NCBI GenBank assembly: GCA_965197745.1
Contig: CBDANS010000007.1
Location: forward strand, 384,001 to 448,000
DNA: 64,000 bases
Direction: 5' to 3'
DNA from: Opitutales bacterium
GTDB lineage: Bacteria; Verrucomicrobiota; Verrucomicrobiia; Opitutales; PNEW01
How positions within the stretch are numbered: the first letter of the stretch is position 1; every line of letters starts with the position of its first letter. Below are positions 30,262 to 38,699 of the stretch, piece after piece. Position numbers and translations under genes: made by a program. The notes beneath the pieces are model-generated. The model was not told where the DNA came from and made no database searches. It saw only the letters and a program-made list of their open reading frames with translations.

Positions 30262-31203
30262 CTATAAGGGGAGATCGACCAGCACCTGGCGTGAAGAATT
30301 TTTTTCAGGTTTAAAAGGACTGTAGAGAAACAGTAATGCCACCAGAAACATACTGTAGCGAAAGTTAATGGAAAATATCAGTGACGTTCCAATATGAAAT
30401 AAAATTAAGGCAACGCCCCAAAGTTTGTGGAGCGAGGGACGGAAGGCGGCCCAAAATGCGAAGAACTGAATATAAAGCATGCTTATCATCAAGGGGAATC
30501 CCCACACGGTATGCTCGATAAACCAATTTCCCATCAAACTATTTGTATTATTCTGGAGAAGCCTTTCCGCTACATGAAGGGATAAGGCACGGGGATGAAA
30601 GGCATGGATCTGCCCGATAAAAAACTGATAAACAGCTCCACCCATTTTACCGATACCTGCCATTGTAAAGGTAAGCATCACCAGGGCCTGACAGCACCAG
30701 CACACACGCAGGGTAATTTGCTGTGTCAAGCGGGACACCGTTCCAGGGTGAGCCCAATGACGGGGCAGGAAAATGAGTATAAAAGAACAAATCAGCCAGA
30801 GATGCATGCCATGGTGAATATTTCCACCGTAGGAATATTTCAGCGCTAAATATTCGAGCAGTCCGAAGAATACTAATGAACGCGCCCATCGGTGTTCGCA
30901 GAAGATAGCACCCGCTAAAGCCGCGATAAAACTTCCCGCAAGAATTAACCGAACTCCGACCAGGGAGTTATTCAAGATATTCAACCAAATGACCGGCCAC
31001 AAGGGATCGGTGGGCTTTAATTTTTGATAATAGTCCCAGAGGTGAATATTGAATAAGGCATAAAAAAGGAGGAAACCATAAAAAACACGGAGCAGCACTT
31101 TCGCCACCTGGTAGGCATGCTCTTGCAAGCGCAAGGTTACATCCCAGTTAGTCTTATCCGACGATGCGAAAAACCTGTAGATTCTTTTCCAGAACAGCTT
31201 CAT
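30262..31203 (-). CDS. Polytopic membrane protein, HTTM-like
   Basis: Multiple TM segments; SYGGNIHHG, MAGIGK, LFHIG motifs resemble HTTM domains. Confidence 0.55.
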   Translation of the reverse strand: MKLFWKRIYRFFASSDKTNWDVTLRLQEHAYQVAKVLLRVFYGFLLFYALFNIHLWDYYQKLKPTDPLWPVIWLNILNNSLVGVRLILAGSFIAALAGAIFCEHRWARSLVFFGLLEYLALKYSYGGNIHHGMHLWLICSFILIFLPRHWAHPGTVSRLTQQITLRVCWCCQALVMLTFTMAGIGKMGGAVYQFFIGQIHAFHPRALSLHVAERLLQNNTNSLMGNWFIEHTVWGFPLMISMLYIQFFAFWAAFRPSLHKLWGVALILFHIGTSLIFSINFRYSMFLVALLFLYSPFKPEKNSSRQVLVDLPL

Positions 31204-31208
31204 TACAG

Positions 31209-31664
31209 TCAGGGGGTGGAATAAGTTCTTACTGATTTTTCTAGCATGTTACCGGTCTTCCATCTGTCTACCGGATCGTACGTAACGGCCACCAGTTCAT
31301 AGCGGGAGGAAAGTGGAATGTAATTTTTTTCTAGTATTAATCGAAGACGCTCTATTTCAGACGTATTGTTTCGGTTTTCGGCCTTTCCTAATTGTTGTAC
31401 TATCTTGTATACACTGATTGAGTGCGGGTCATCGACGATAGCTGAAGCCTTTTCATAATACTGAGGGGAATCCAGTGTCTTCCCTCCCACTTGGTGTAAG
31501 AGGAGAGCGAATTTAATTTCTGGATTAGGGGTCAAAGGAAAAAGAAACCAGCAATAAACTGGAAACACTTCATGCTTCGGGGTAAGAGAAGAGAGCAACC
31601 CGCCAATAAGATAAAAGACCAGGAAAAAATGAACACCAATTACGATTAATTGATATTTTCTCAT
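31209..31664 (-). CDS. Hypothetical membrane-anchored protein, cotranscribed with the HTTM-like gene
   Basis: N-terminal TM, EVFPVYCWFLF motif; 5-nt gap to downstream ORF. Confidence 0.65.
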   Translation of the reverse strand: MRKYQLIVIGVHFFLVFYLIGGLLSSLTPKHEVFPVYCWFLFPLTPNPEIKFALLLHQVGGKTLDSPQYYEKASAIVDDPHSISVYKIVQQLGKAENRNNTSEIERLRLILEKNYIPLSSRYELVAVTYDPVDRWKTGNMLEKSVRTYSTP

Positions 31665-31867
31665 TTATTTCGACAAAAGTGGGATACCCCGTGAATGATA
31701 TTTGCGGCCCAAAAACTGCGGGCCTCAACACTATGATTTCAAAAAGATAATAAAGGAGTCTGTCTAATTATTATGGAATGATATATTAATTTCAAAAAAA
31801 ATAAATCTGACCGCTTTCCTGATTGTGTCAGTGATAACTATAGAATAGAAGAGAATTACATTCTCAA

Positions 31868-32458
31868 ATGAAATTATTATATCCCATTCTGACAATTCCG
31901 GGTGTCGTTGCTCTTTTTTTATCATTTACCTACTCCACATCACCCTGGGATGTAATAAGAGAGGAGGTATTCACGAGGGATTCATCGTCACGTCTGCAGT
32001 TATTTTATGTCTCATTTCCATTCTTTCTCTCGATACCCATCTGCCTATGGAGTATCAGGATATTATTTAACAATCAATTAAGTAAAGCAGAGATCGTCAC
32101 TGCCTATCTGCTCGCGACTTTTGCACTTATCTCAAACTTATTTATTACTATTCCGGCGATAGATGAATTGGAAGAGATTTATGATATTTTAACATTATTT
32201 ATTACGTGGATATCTGTCCTTTTCAGTATACTCATAGTAGCGAATAATATGAGGAGGCTGGTGCCCCAGGTGATAAACGTTCCTATTTCTCTGCACCTGG
32301 CCTATCTCCCAAATGCCATCTTTTGCCTTCTTGTTTTCAGTGATGATGGAGGACTGGAGAAAGGAGCTTACTTAGTTATATTTACCTCTATTGTCTATAT
32401 AGCAAAAATTGTAAGCCTTGCAAAAGTAAAATGGGAAGTGGGTAAAGATGAGCATTAA
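31868..32458 (+). CDS. Hypothetical membrane protein
   Basis: 196-aa hydrophobic ORF overlapping the start of the next gene. Confidence 0.6.
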   Translation: MKLLYPILTIPGVVALFLSFTYSTSPWDVIREEVFTRDSSSRLQLFYVSFPFFLSIPICLWSIRILFNNQLSKAEIVTAYLLATFALISNLFITIPAIDELEEIYDILTLFITWISVLFSILIVANNMRRLVPQVINVPISLHLAYLPNAIFCLLVFSDDGGLEKGAYLVIFTSIVYIAKIVSLAKVKWEVGKDEH

Positions 32459-33224
32459 CAACGTCGAAAAATTTAAAAATAAAATAGAGCGTAATGAACT
32501 CTGTGTAGGTGCCAGTATTACCTTCAATGATCCTGCGATCAGTGAACTCATCGGTGATGCGGGTTACGATTTCATCTGGATAGACATGGAGCATTGCCCC
32601 ATTGATACGGCTAATGCATTAAGTCATGTCATGGCTGTGCGCGGAACCGATGCAGCTCCTTTTATTCGAGTGACCTCGGGCGACTCCAATGTTATTAAGC
32701 CCATACTCGAACTTCATCCGGCGGCTATAATTGTGCCCCAGGTTCAAGGTGTGGACGACGTTGCCAACGCAGTGGCGGCCTGTAAGTACCCCCCCACGGG
32801 GGTGCGTGGATTTGGCGCCCGACGCGGTCGGCAATTTGGAGGTATTCCCTATCCGGAATATCTGAAAAGCGCCGATGACCAGATCATGGTATTCGTCCAA
32901 ATAGAACACATAAATGCGGTAGTAGCCTTTGACGATATATTAGCGGTTCCAGGTCTGGATGGGGTCTGCATTGGTTTTAACGATCTCGCTGGTTCAATGG
33001 GGTTGTCGGGGCAGACTACTCATCCTCAGGTGATAGCGGCGGCAGATGAAGTGATAGAAAAAACCCTTAAAACGGATAAATGGGTTGGTATAGCTATGGG
33101 ATACGATGCGTCGGTGATTAATTGGGTAAAAAAAGGAATTCACTGGATCTCGATAGGCAGCGATTTTATTAACCTCTACACCTATTCCAAAAAAGTGTTA
33201 GAGGAGTTACGAGAATCTCTTTAA
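32448..33224 (+). CDS. HpcH/HpaI aldolase family protein
   Basis: WIDMEH, YPPTGVRGFG, QIEH, IGFNDL. Confidence 0.92.
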   Translation: MSINNVEKFKNKIERNELCVGASITFNDPAISELIGDAGYDFIWIDMEHCPIDTANALSHVMAVRGTDAAPFIRVTSGDSNVIKPILELHPAAIIVPQVQGVDDVANAVAACKYPPTGVRGFGARRGRQFGGIPYPEYLKSADDQIMVFVQIEHINAVVAFDDILAVPGLDGVCIGFNDLAGSMGLSGQTTHPQVIAAADEVIEKTLKTDKWVGIAMGYDASVINWVKKGIHWISIGSDFINLYTYSKKVLEELRESL

Positions 33225-33295
33225 TTCATGACCCAGCGAGGAAAGTGTAAATGCGGCAACGCTTATGAGTTGAGCTTATATTATTGCGCCCTTCA

Positions 33296-35308
33296 TTATT
33301 TACTATCCAGAACCTCACGCACTGTTGCTATTAATGATTCAGAGAAATAGGGTTTTTCGAGCATTGTTTTCACACCGAGAAGATCTAAATCCGTTTTATG
33401 CTTTTCATGGCCCTGTCCCGTGGTGGCTATAATTTTCACCTCAGGATCCATTTTTATCAATGTTCGAGACAAACTCACACCGTCCATATAGGGCATGATG
33501 ATGTCAGTCATCACGACGCGAATTTCTTTTTGATATTTTACGAATTTCGCCGTGGCTTCTGTCCCATCTTTTGCGGTCAAAACATTATAGCCCTGTTTAC
33601 CTAAGACTTCCTCAACCATTTCGCATATAGCGGTTTCATCATCGACGACGAGGATCATCTCACCATTTGCTTTTGGAAATTTGGATTCATATCTTTCAGG
33701 GGAAATAACTAATTCGTTAGTTACCGCGGGGAGATACAATTTAAAAACACTTCCATGTCCTTCCTTACTCTTTACCGTAATAAAACCTCCATGATTCCTG
33801 ATAATACCATGTGAAGTGGATAAACCCAGGCCGGTCCCATTACCTTCTATTTTGGTCGTGTAAAATGGATCAAATATAAGCTTCATACATTCGTTTGACA
33901 TGCCATGGCCGGTATCGGTGATTTCGATGGTAAGATACGGCCCCTTTTGTGCTCCAGGGTAAATGGCGGCAAGACTTTCATCCAGGAATTCTTTATCCGC
34001 CAATATATGTATGTCTCCACCTTCAATCATGGCGTCACGGGCATTGATGCAAATGTTTAAGAGGACCTGATGAATTTGCGTAGGATCACCCTTAATGGGC
34101 CAAAGTTCTTTAGGTATATTATAATTAATACTGATATTTTTAGGAAAAATCTCCCTCGTGATTTGGATGATCTCCTTCACCGTATGCTTGGGATGAAATA
34201 AGATAAATTTCCCATCCTCTACACCCCGTGCAAATGTGAGCACCTGATTAACTACGGAGCCGGCATGTTTTGCGCTCTTTTTAATTGTTTTCAGAAGATC
34301 TAAGCTTTTTTCATAGTGGGGGTTAGATAATAATAAATCAGAGACCAGTAATATGGGGGCGAGGAGATTGTTTAAGTCGTGGGCTATTCCTCCTGCCAGG
34401 GTTCCAATACCTTCCATTCTTTGGGCGCGTAACATCTGAGTATCAAGCGCCTTCTTTTCAGTAACGTCGGTATTAATAACGAAAATAACTTTTGGGTAGC
34501 CCAGCTTATCCTGAACCAGAGTCTGTCGACTATGGACTATAATCTTTTTATTTTCTTTGGTTCTTTGAATTAAATCTCCCGACCATGATCCTTTATCAAT
34601 GACCGTTTGCTCTGCGCCAATGGCCTTGGTAATTTCATCTTCATCGATCAGCTCAATCGACTTAATTCCTTTCGCCTCCTGCGCTGAGTATCCGTAGAGT
34701 CGCTCTGCGGATTTATTCCAATATAAAATCCGGTCTCCGGTATCGCGGACGATGATCGCATCGGGAGCTTCATCAAGTAAATTTGCCTGCTCAATTATTT
34801 TTTCCTCTAATAATTTATGGTCAGTAATATCGCGTTCGATTCCCACCAGTCCTATGATATTCCCTATTTCATCCCTGAAAGGGACTTTAGTGCAGGTTAC
34901 CCATTTAATATCTCCTCTATCATTTATTACAGGTTGTGCTTCTTTAGTAATTGAATTGCCGGTCTCATAGAGCTTTTGTTCATCACGGTGATAGCGATGG
35001 GCCAATGCCATGGGATAGATATCAAAGTCTGTTTTCCCAATCATCTCATCGGGTGATGATATACCATTTATAAGCGGCAACGACCGGTTACAGATAACAT
35101 AGCGGTTTTCTTTATCTTTTACGTAGATAAAATCCGAGATATTATCAATCAGAGCGCGAAACAGATTATGGCTTATTGACGCGTCGGCAGATACTTCAGA
35201 GGCTGAACATTCTAAACCTGCTACCGCCTTGAGGAGTAAATTCTCTGATTGATCGCTCTTCGTATAATCTTTTTCCAAATCAAGCTGAGCTGATTGAATT
35301 TTTTGCAT
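33296..35308 (-). CDS. Cytoplasmic PAS-PAS hybrid histidine kinase (HisKA-HATPase-REC)
   Basis: Two PAS domains, GGIAHDLNN, NARDAM, DTGHG, GTGLGL, ILVVDDE, TDIIMP. Confidence 0.93.
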   Translation of the reverse strand: MQKIQSAQLDLEKDYTKSDQSENLLLKAVAGLECSASEVSADASISHNLFRALIDNISDFIYVKDKENRYVICNRSLPLINGISSPDEMIGKTDFDIYPMALAHRYHRDEQKLYETGNSITKEAQPVINDRGDIKWVTCTKVPFRDEIGNIIGLVGIERDITDHKLLEEKIIEQANLLDEAPDAIIVRDTGDRILYWNKSAERLYGYSAQEAKGIKSIELIDEDEITKAIGAEQTVIDKGSWSGDLIQRTKENKKIIVHSRQTLVQDKLGYPKVIFVINTDVTEKKALDTQMLRAQRMEGIGTLAGGIAHDLNNLLAPILLVSDLLLSNPHYEKSLDLLKTIKKSAKHAGSVVNQVLTFARGVEDGKFILFHPKHTVKEIIQITREIFPKNISINYNIPKELWPIKGDPTQIHQVLLNICINARDAMIEGGDIHILADKEFLDESLAAIYPGAQKGPYLTIEITDTGHGMSNECMKLIFDPFYTTKIEGNGTGLGLSTSHGIIRNHGGFITVKSKEGHGSVFKLYLPAVTNELVISPERYESKFPKANGEMILVVDDETAICEMVEEVLGKQGYNVLTAKDGTEATAKFVKYQKEIRVVMTDIIMPYMDGVSLSRTLIKMDPEVKIIATTGQGHEKHKTDLDLLGVKTMLEKPYFSESLIATVREVLDSK

Positions 35309-35612
35309 TAATCTGAGCGGCGTCCCGAGGTTGAAAAGTCTGCAACTCCATTATCTGGCACTACCTGTGTAAACTTTGAAATAAGTGGAAAGTGAAACAG
35401 CAAAGGCAGACCCGGGCAATATTATAAATGACACTGTTCGTTAAAAAAAAGTAAAACTATATTTTATATACAAGCAGGAGTTGAGATTCATTAAGGGTAA
35501 ACGATTAGCGAGCACTATTCTCAATCGCCAGATCGAGGTCAGAGGTTGGTGCCGAGATGATGGCGGGAGCGGTGCGAATAGGCAAGTGGTGGCGCTGTCT
35601 TTGGTTTACTGA

Positions 35613-35644
35613 TGACCTTCAAATATTGACCTTAAATATTGACC
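35613..35644. promoter_or_regulatory. Tandem direct repeat TGACCTT(C)AAATAT x2.4 in a divergent promoter region
   Basis: TGACCTTCAAATAT TGACCTTAAATAT TGACC. Confidence 0.4.
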
Positions 35645-35739
35645 GTTGATTCTAATTAATCAATAAGTGCATAAATCCTGGGATGAATTAAGACCGCATT
35701 GGGAAGTGATTTTATATATATAATTCTACTCTTAAATAA

Positions 35740-37005
35740 ATGGAAGAAAGCATCAATTACCGGAAATATGCGCTCCTTTATGTAGATGACGAAAAAAAGT
35801 CGCTCGAGTACTTCAAAAAGGCTTTTAAAGAAGAGTTTCGAATCTTCACGGCGTCGAATGCGCAAGAAGGCTATCGCGTATTCGAGGAAAATAAAGATGA
35901 GATCGGGATTCTTATCGCGGACCAGAGAATGCCTGGAGAAAAGGGGGTGGAATTATTACAAAGAGTTCGCCAATCTAAACCACAGGTCCTGAGAATCCTG
36001 GTTACCGCATACACCGATCTTGACGCTGCAATTAATGCCGTGAATTCCGGTTCTATTTATAAATACGTGACCAAACCCTGGAATATACTGGAATTAAATT
36101 TAATTTTGAAAAGGGGGCTTGAGTTTTTTAACGTGCAGCAGGAGCGGGATCATCTTTTGAAGGAAAAGATATCGGTAGTGAATAATATCGTTATTGCCGA
36201 CCGCGTGATAAGTTTTGGTATTCTTGCGGCAGGGTTAAGTCATTATGTGCGCAACTCGATGGCGGCGGTGAGAACATTTATCGATCTCGCGCCGGTACGT
36301 TTAAAGGAAGAGAAAGTAGATTTTGAGAATCTGCATAACCCGAATTTCTGGAGAGATTTCTATGAGCATGTGCAAATTCAAATCAAACAGATAATTGAAA
36401 TATTCAATGATTTAAGTGTGGAATCCGAAGATGCTTCGACGTCATTTCAAGATCAGGTCTACTTGAGAGATCTCTTTGAAACCGTTAATATGAATTTAAA
36501 AAGTTTGTTTCAGGAAAAGGATATTATCGTTAAGAACAATATCACTGACACCCTTCCATCGATGAATGTTGATAAGGATAAGTTTCAACGGTTATTCCAG
36601 CTTTTAATTCAAAGTATGCTCTACAATTTACCGGAGGGAAGTGAAATAAACATCGATGCGAAAGAACTCAGCACCTATAACGGACATAGTCCAAAAGTGA
36701 AAATTGAGATCAAGGATAACGGACCAGGCTTACCTCAAGACGAGCTTCGATCGATGTTTTACCCTTTTAAGAAACAGAGTGGAGAACCTCAGGAATTTGG
36801 TATTAACCTTCTGGCCTGTTATTTCATTGTTTATCACCATGGTGGTAATATTGAAGTTAAATCAGAGAAAAATGGCGGCACAAACTTTATTTTGACGTTC
36901 AGAGCAAATACCCAACTGCAATCACCGAGGGAAGATGAAAGCAGATTTCTTACCAAGGTTATGGTGAATGAAAAGTTGTGGGAAAGAATGCTGGCAGAAT
37001 ATTAA
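35740..37005 (+). CDS. REC-histidine kinase hybrid with atypical ATPase boxes
   Basis: LLYVDDE, ADQRMP, KPW; H-box LSHYVRN; DNGPGL; G2 box reads EFGINL. Confidence 0.85.
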   Translation: MEESINYRKYALLYVDDEKKSLEYFKKAFKEEFRIFTASNAQEGYRVFEENKDEIGILIADQRMPGEKGVELLQRVRQSKPQVLRILVTAYTDLDAAINAVNSGSIYKYVTKPWNILELNLILKRGLEFFNVQQERDHLLKEKISVVNNIVIADRVISFGILAAGLSHYVRNSMAAVRTFIDLAPVRLKEEKVDFENLHNPNFWRDFYEHVQIQIKQIIEIFNDLSVESEDASTSFQDQVYLRDLFETVNMNLKSLFQEKDIIVKNNITDTLPSMNVDKDKFQRLFQLLIQSMLYNLPEGSEINIDAKELSTYNGHSPKVKIEIKDNGPGLPQDELRSMFYPFKKQSGEPQEFGINLLACYFIVYHHGGNIEVKSEKNGGTNFILTFRANTQLQSPREDESRFLTKVMVNEKLWERMLAEY

Positions 37006-37071
37006 AGGAAGTATTATAAAGCGTCGAAACATATTACTAAAAGCGTTTGTTTAAAGGGAAGGGGAGTAGCT

Positions 37072-37845
37072 ATGGTTACGCAGGAACAGATGGATCACTA
37101 TTTGGAAAAAGGATGGGTCGTGATCGAAGGGGTATTTGATCATGCCGTTGTGGACGATATTGCGAAGACAGCGACGACGATAATTGAAGAAGAAATAAAA
37201 AGCCCCGATGTTTCCCCCATGGCCGGTGAACGATTAGAAAGCGGGGAAGTCATTCCCCGTAAAATAATGCAACCATTTTTCAAGCATCCTTCATTTCAGG
37301 AATTTGTTCTAAACGACCGTTTTAATAATGTAATTGAAGAGTTCATAGGCGACACTCCATTGTTGTTAACGGATCAGGTATTCATGAAACCACCTCATCA
37401 CGGAGGCCCCAAACCTTATCACCAGGATGACTTTTATTTCCAGTGTTTTCCCGCAGATCATGTTATTACCGCGTGGATCGCGCTTGACGATGTAGACGAG
37501 GAAAACGCATGCCTGCGCTATATCAGCGGGTCACACAAAGAAGGAATTATACTCCACTACCCAAAATCAGCCGCTGAGTCGTTCAACCTCATACCGAGAG
37601 AAGAGGATATTAAAATGAAGAATGAAGAACTTGCGCCCGTCCATAAAGGAGGAGTCGTATTTCATCACAGTCAAACGCTGCACAGTTCACACCGTAATAA
37701 TTCAGATCGCTGGCGTCGCGCCTATGCCACCCATTGGGTAACGGGTGAGGTTACCTGCAAAAACGAAACTCTCAAGCAGGCCTTATTTAAAACGGATCGC
37801 TACCAGGCATTACTGGATAAGAAAGCGGTGAGTCCTAGAGGTTAA
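37072..37845 (+). CDS. Phytanoyl-CoA dioxygenase-family Fe(II)/2OG enzyme
   Basis: YHQD, AWIALDD, ISGSH, HSQTLHSS.NNSDRWRR. Confidence 0.9.
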   Translation: MVTQEQMDHYLEKGWVVIEGVFDHAVVDDIAKTATTIIEEEIKSPDVSPMAGERLESGEVIPRKIMQPFFKHPSFQEFVLNDRFNNVIEEFIGDTPLLLTDQVFMKPPHHGGPKPYHQDDFYFQCFPADHVITAWIALDDVDEENACLRYISGSHKEGIILHYPKSAAESFNLIPREEDIKMKNEELAPVHKGGVVFHHSQTLHSSHRNNSDRWRRAYATHWVTGEVTCKNETLKQALFKTDRYQALLDKKAVSPRG

Positions 37846-37877
37846 GATTTATTGGATTTGATCGGGGAGAGCATGCG

Positions 37878-38657
37878 ATGAGGCTGAAAAATAAAGTAGC
37901 ACTGATTACCGGTGCTTCGAGAGGTTTAGGAAAAGCGATGGCTGTCAGTTTTGCCAGAGAGGGAGCGGCCGTAGCGGTCAATTACAATAAGCGTGGAGAA
38001 GAGGCGGAGAACGTTTGCCACGAAGTAATCGAAGCGGGTGGGAGAGCGATACCGGTGCAAGCCAATGTAGCCGACCCCAACTCGGTGAAAGCGATGGTAA
38101 AAAAAGTAGAAGATGAATATCAAAAGATCGACATCCTCGTCAATAACGCCGGGATCCTTAAGAATATTGAATTAACGGATGATTCACTGATAAAACTGGA
38201 TCAATTATTTGAAGTAAATGTAAAAGGCGTAATTCACACGGTACAAGCGGTAGTGAATAAAATGAAAGAGAGGCAATACGGGAGAATTTTAAACATCAGT
38301 TCGATTTCAGGATTAGTGACGGCATTCAAAGGATCCACGGGATATTCCGAGACCAAAGCAGCGGTGATTTCACTGACCAAACGCATGGCACTTGAATTGG
38401 GGCCCCACGGAATAACCGTTAACGCCATTGCCCCGGGGTTTATTAAAACCGATATGACGATGATGTTTGACAACAGTGAAGATGAACAACGCAAAGTAAA
38501 ATGGATGGAAGAAAACGCGATCCTGGGTCGGGTCGGAGAACCTGATGATATCGCGTTACCCGCACTTTTTCTTGTCTCCGGCGAAGCCGGATTTATAACC
38601 GGCCAGACACTTACGGTCGATGGGGGCAGAAAAAATTTCCTCACCCATTCAAGATAA
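37878..38657 (+). CDS. SDR family oxidoreductase (FabG-like)
   Basis: TGASRGLG, NNAG, YSETK, ITGQTLTVDGG. Confidence 0.92.
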   Translation: MRLKNKVALITGASRGLGKAMAVSFAREGAAVAVNYNKRGEEAENVCHEVIEAGGRAIPVQANVADPNSVKAMVKKVEDEYQKIDILVNNAGILKNIELTDDSLIKLDQLFEVNVKGVIHTVQAVVNKMKERQYGRILNISSISGLVTAFKGSTGYSETKAAVISLTKRMALELGPHGITVNAIAPGFIKTDMTMMFDNSEDEQRKVKWMEENAILGRVGEPDDIALPALFLVSGEAGFITGQTLTVDGGRKNFLTHSR

Positions 38658-38699
38658 CCTGGAATTGCTCAGGATCCAGAATTGATGATGAATTTTAGA

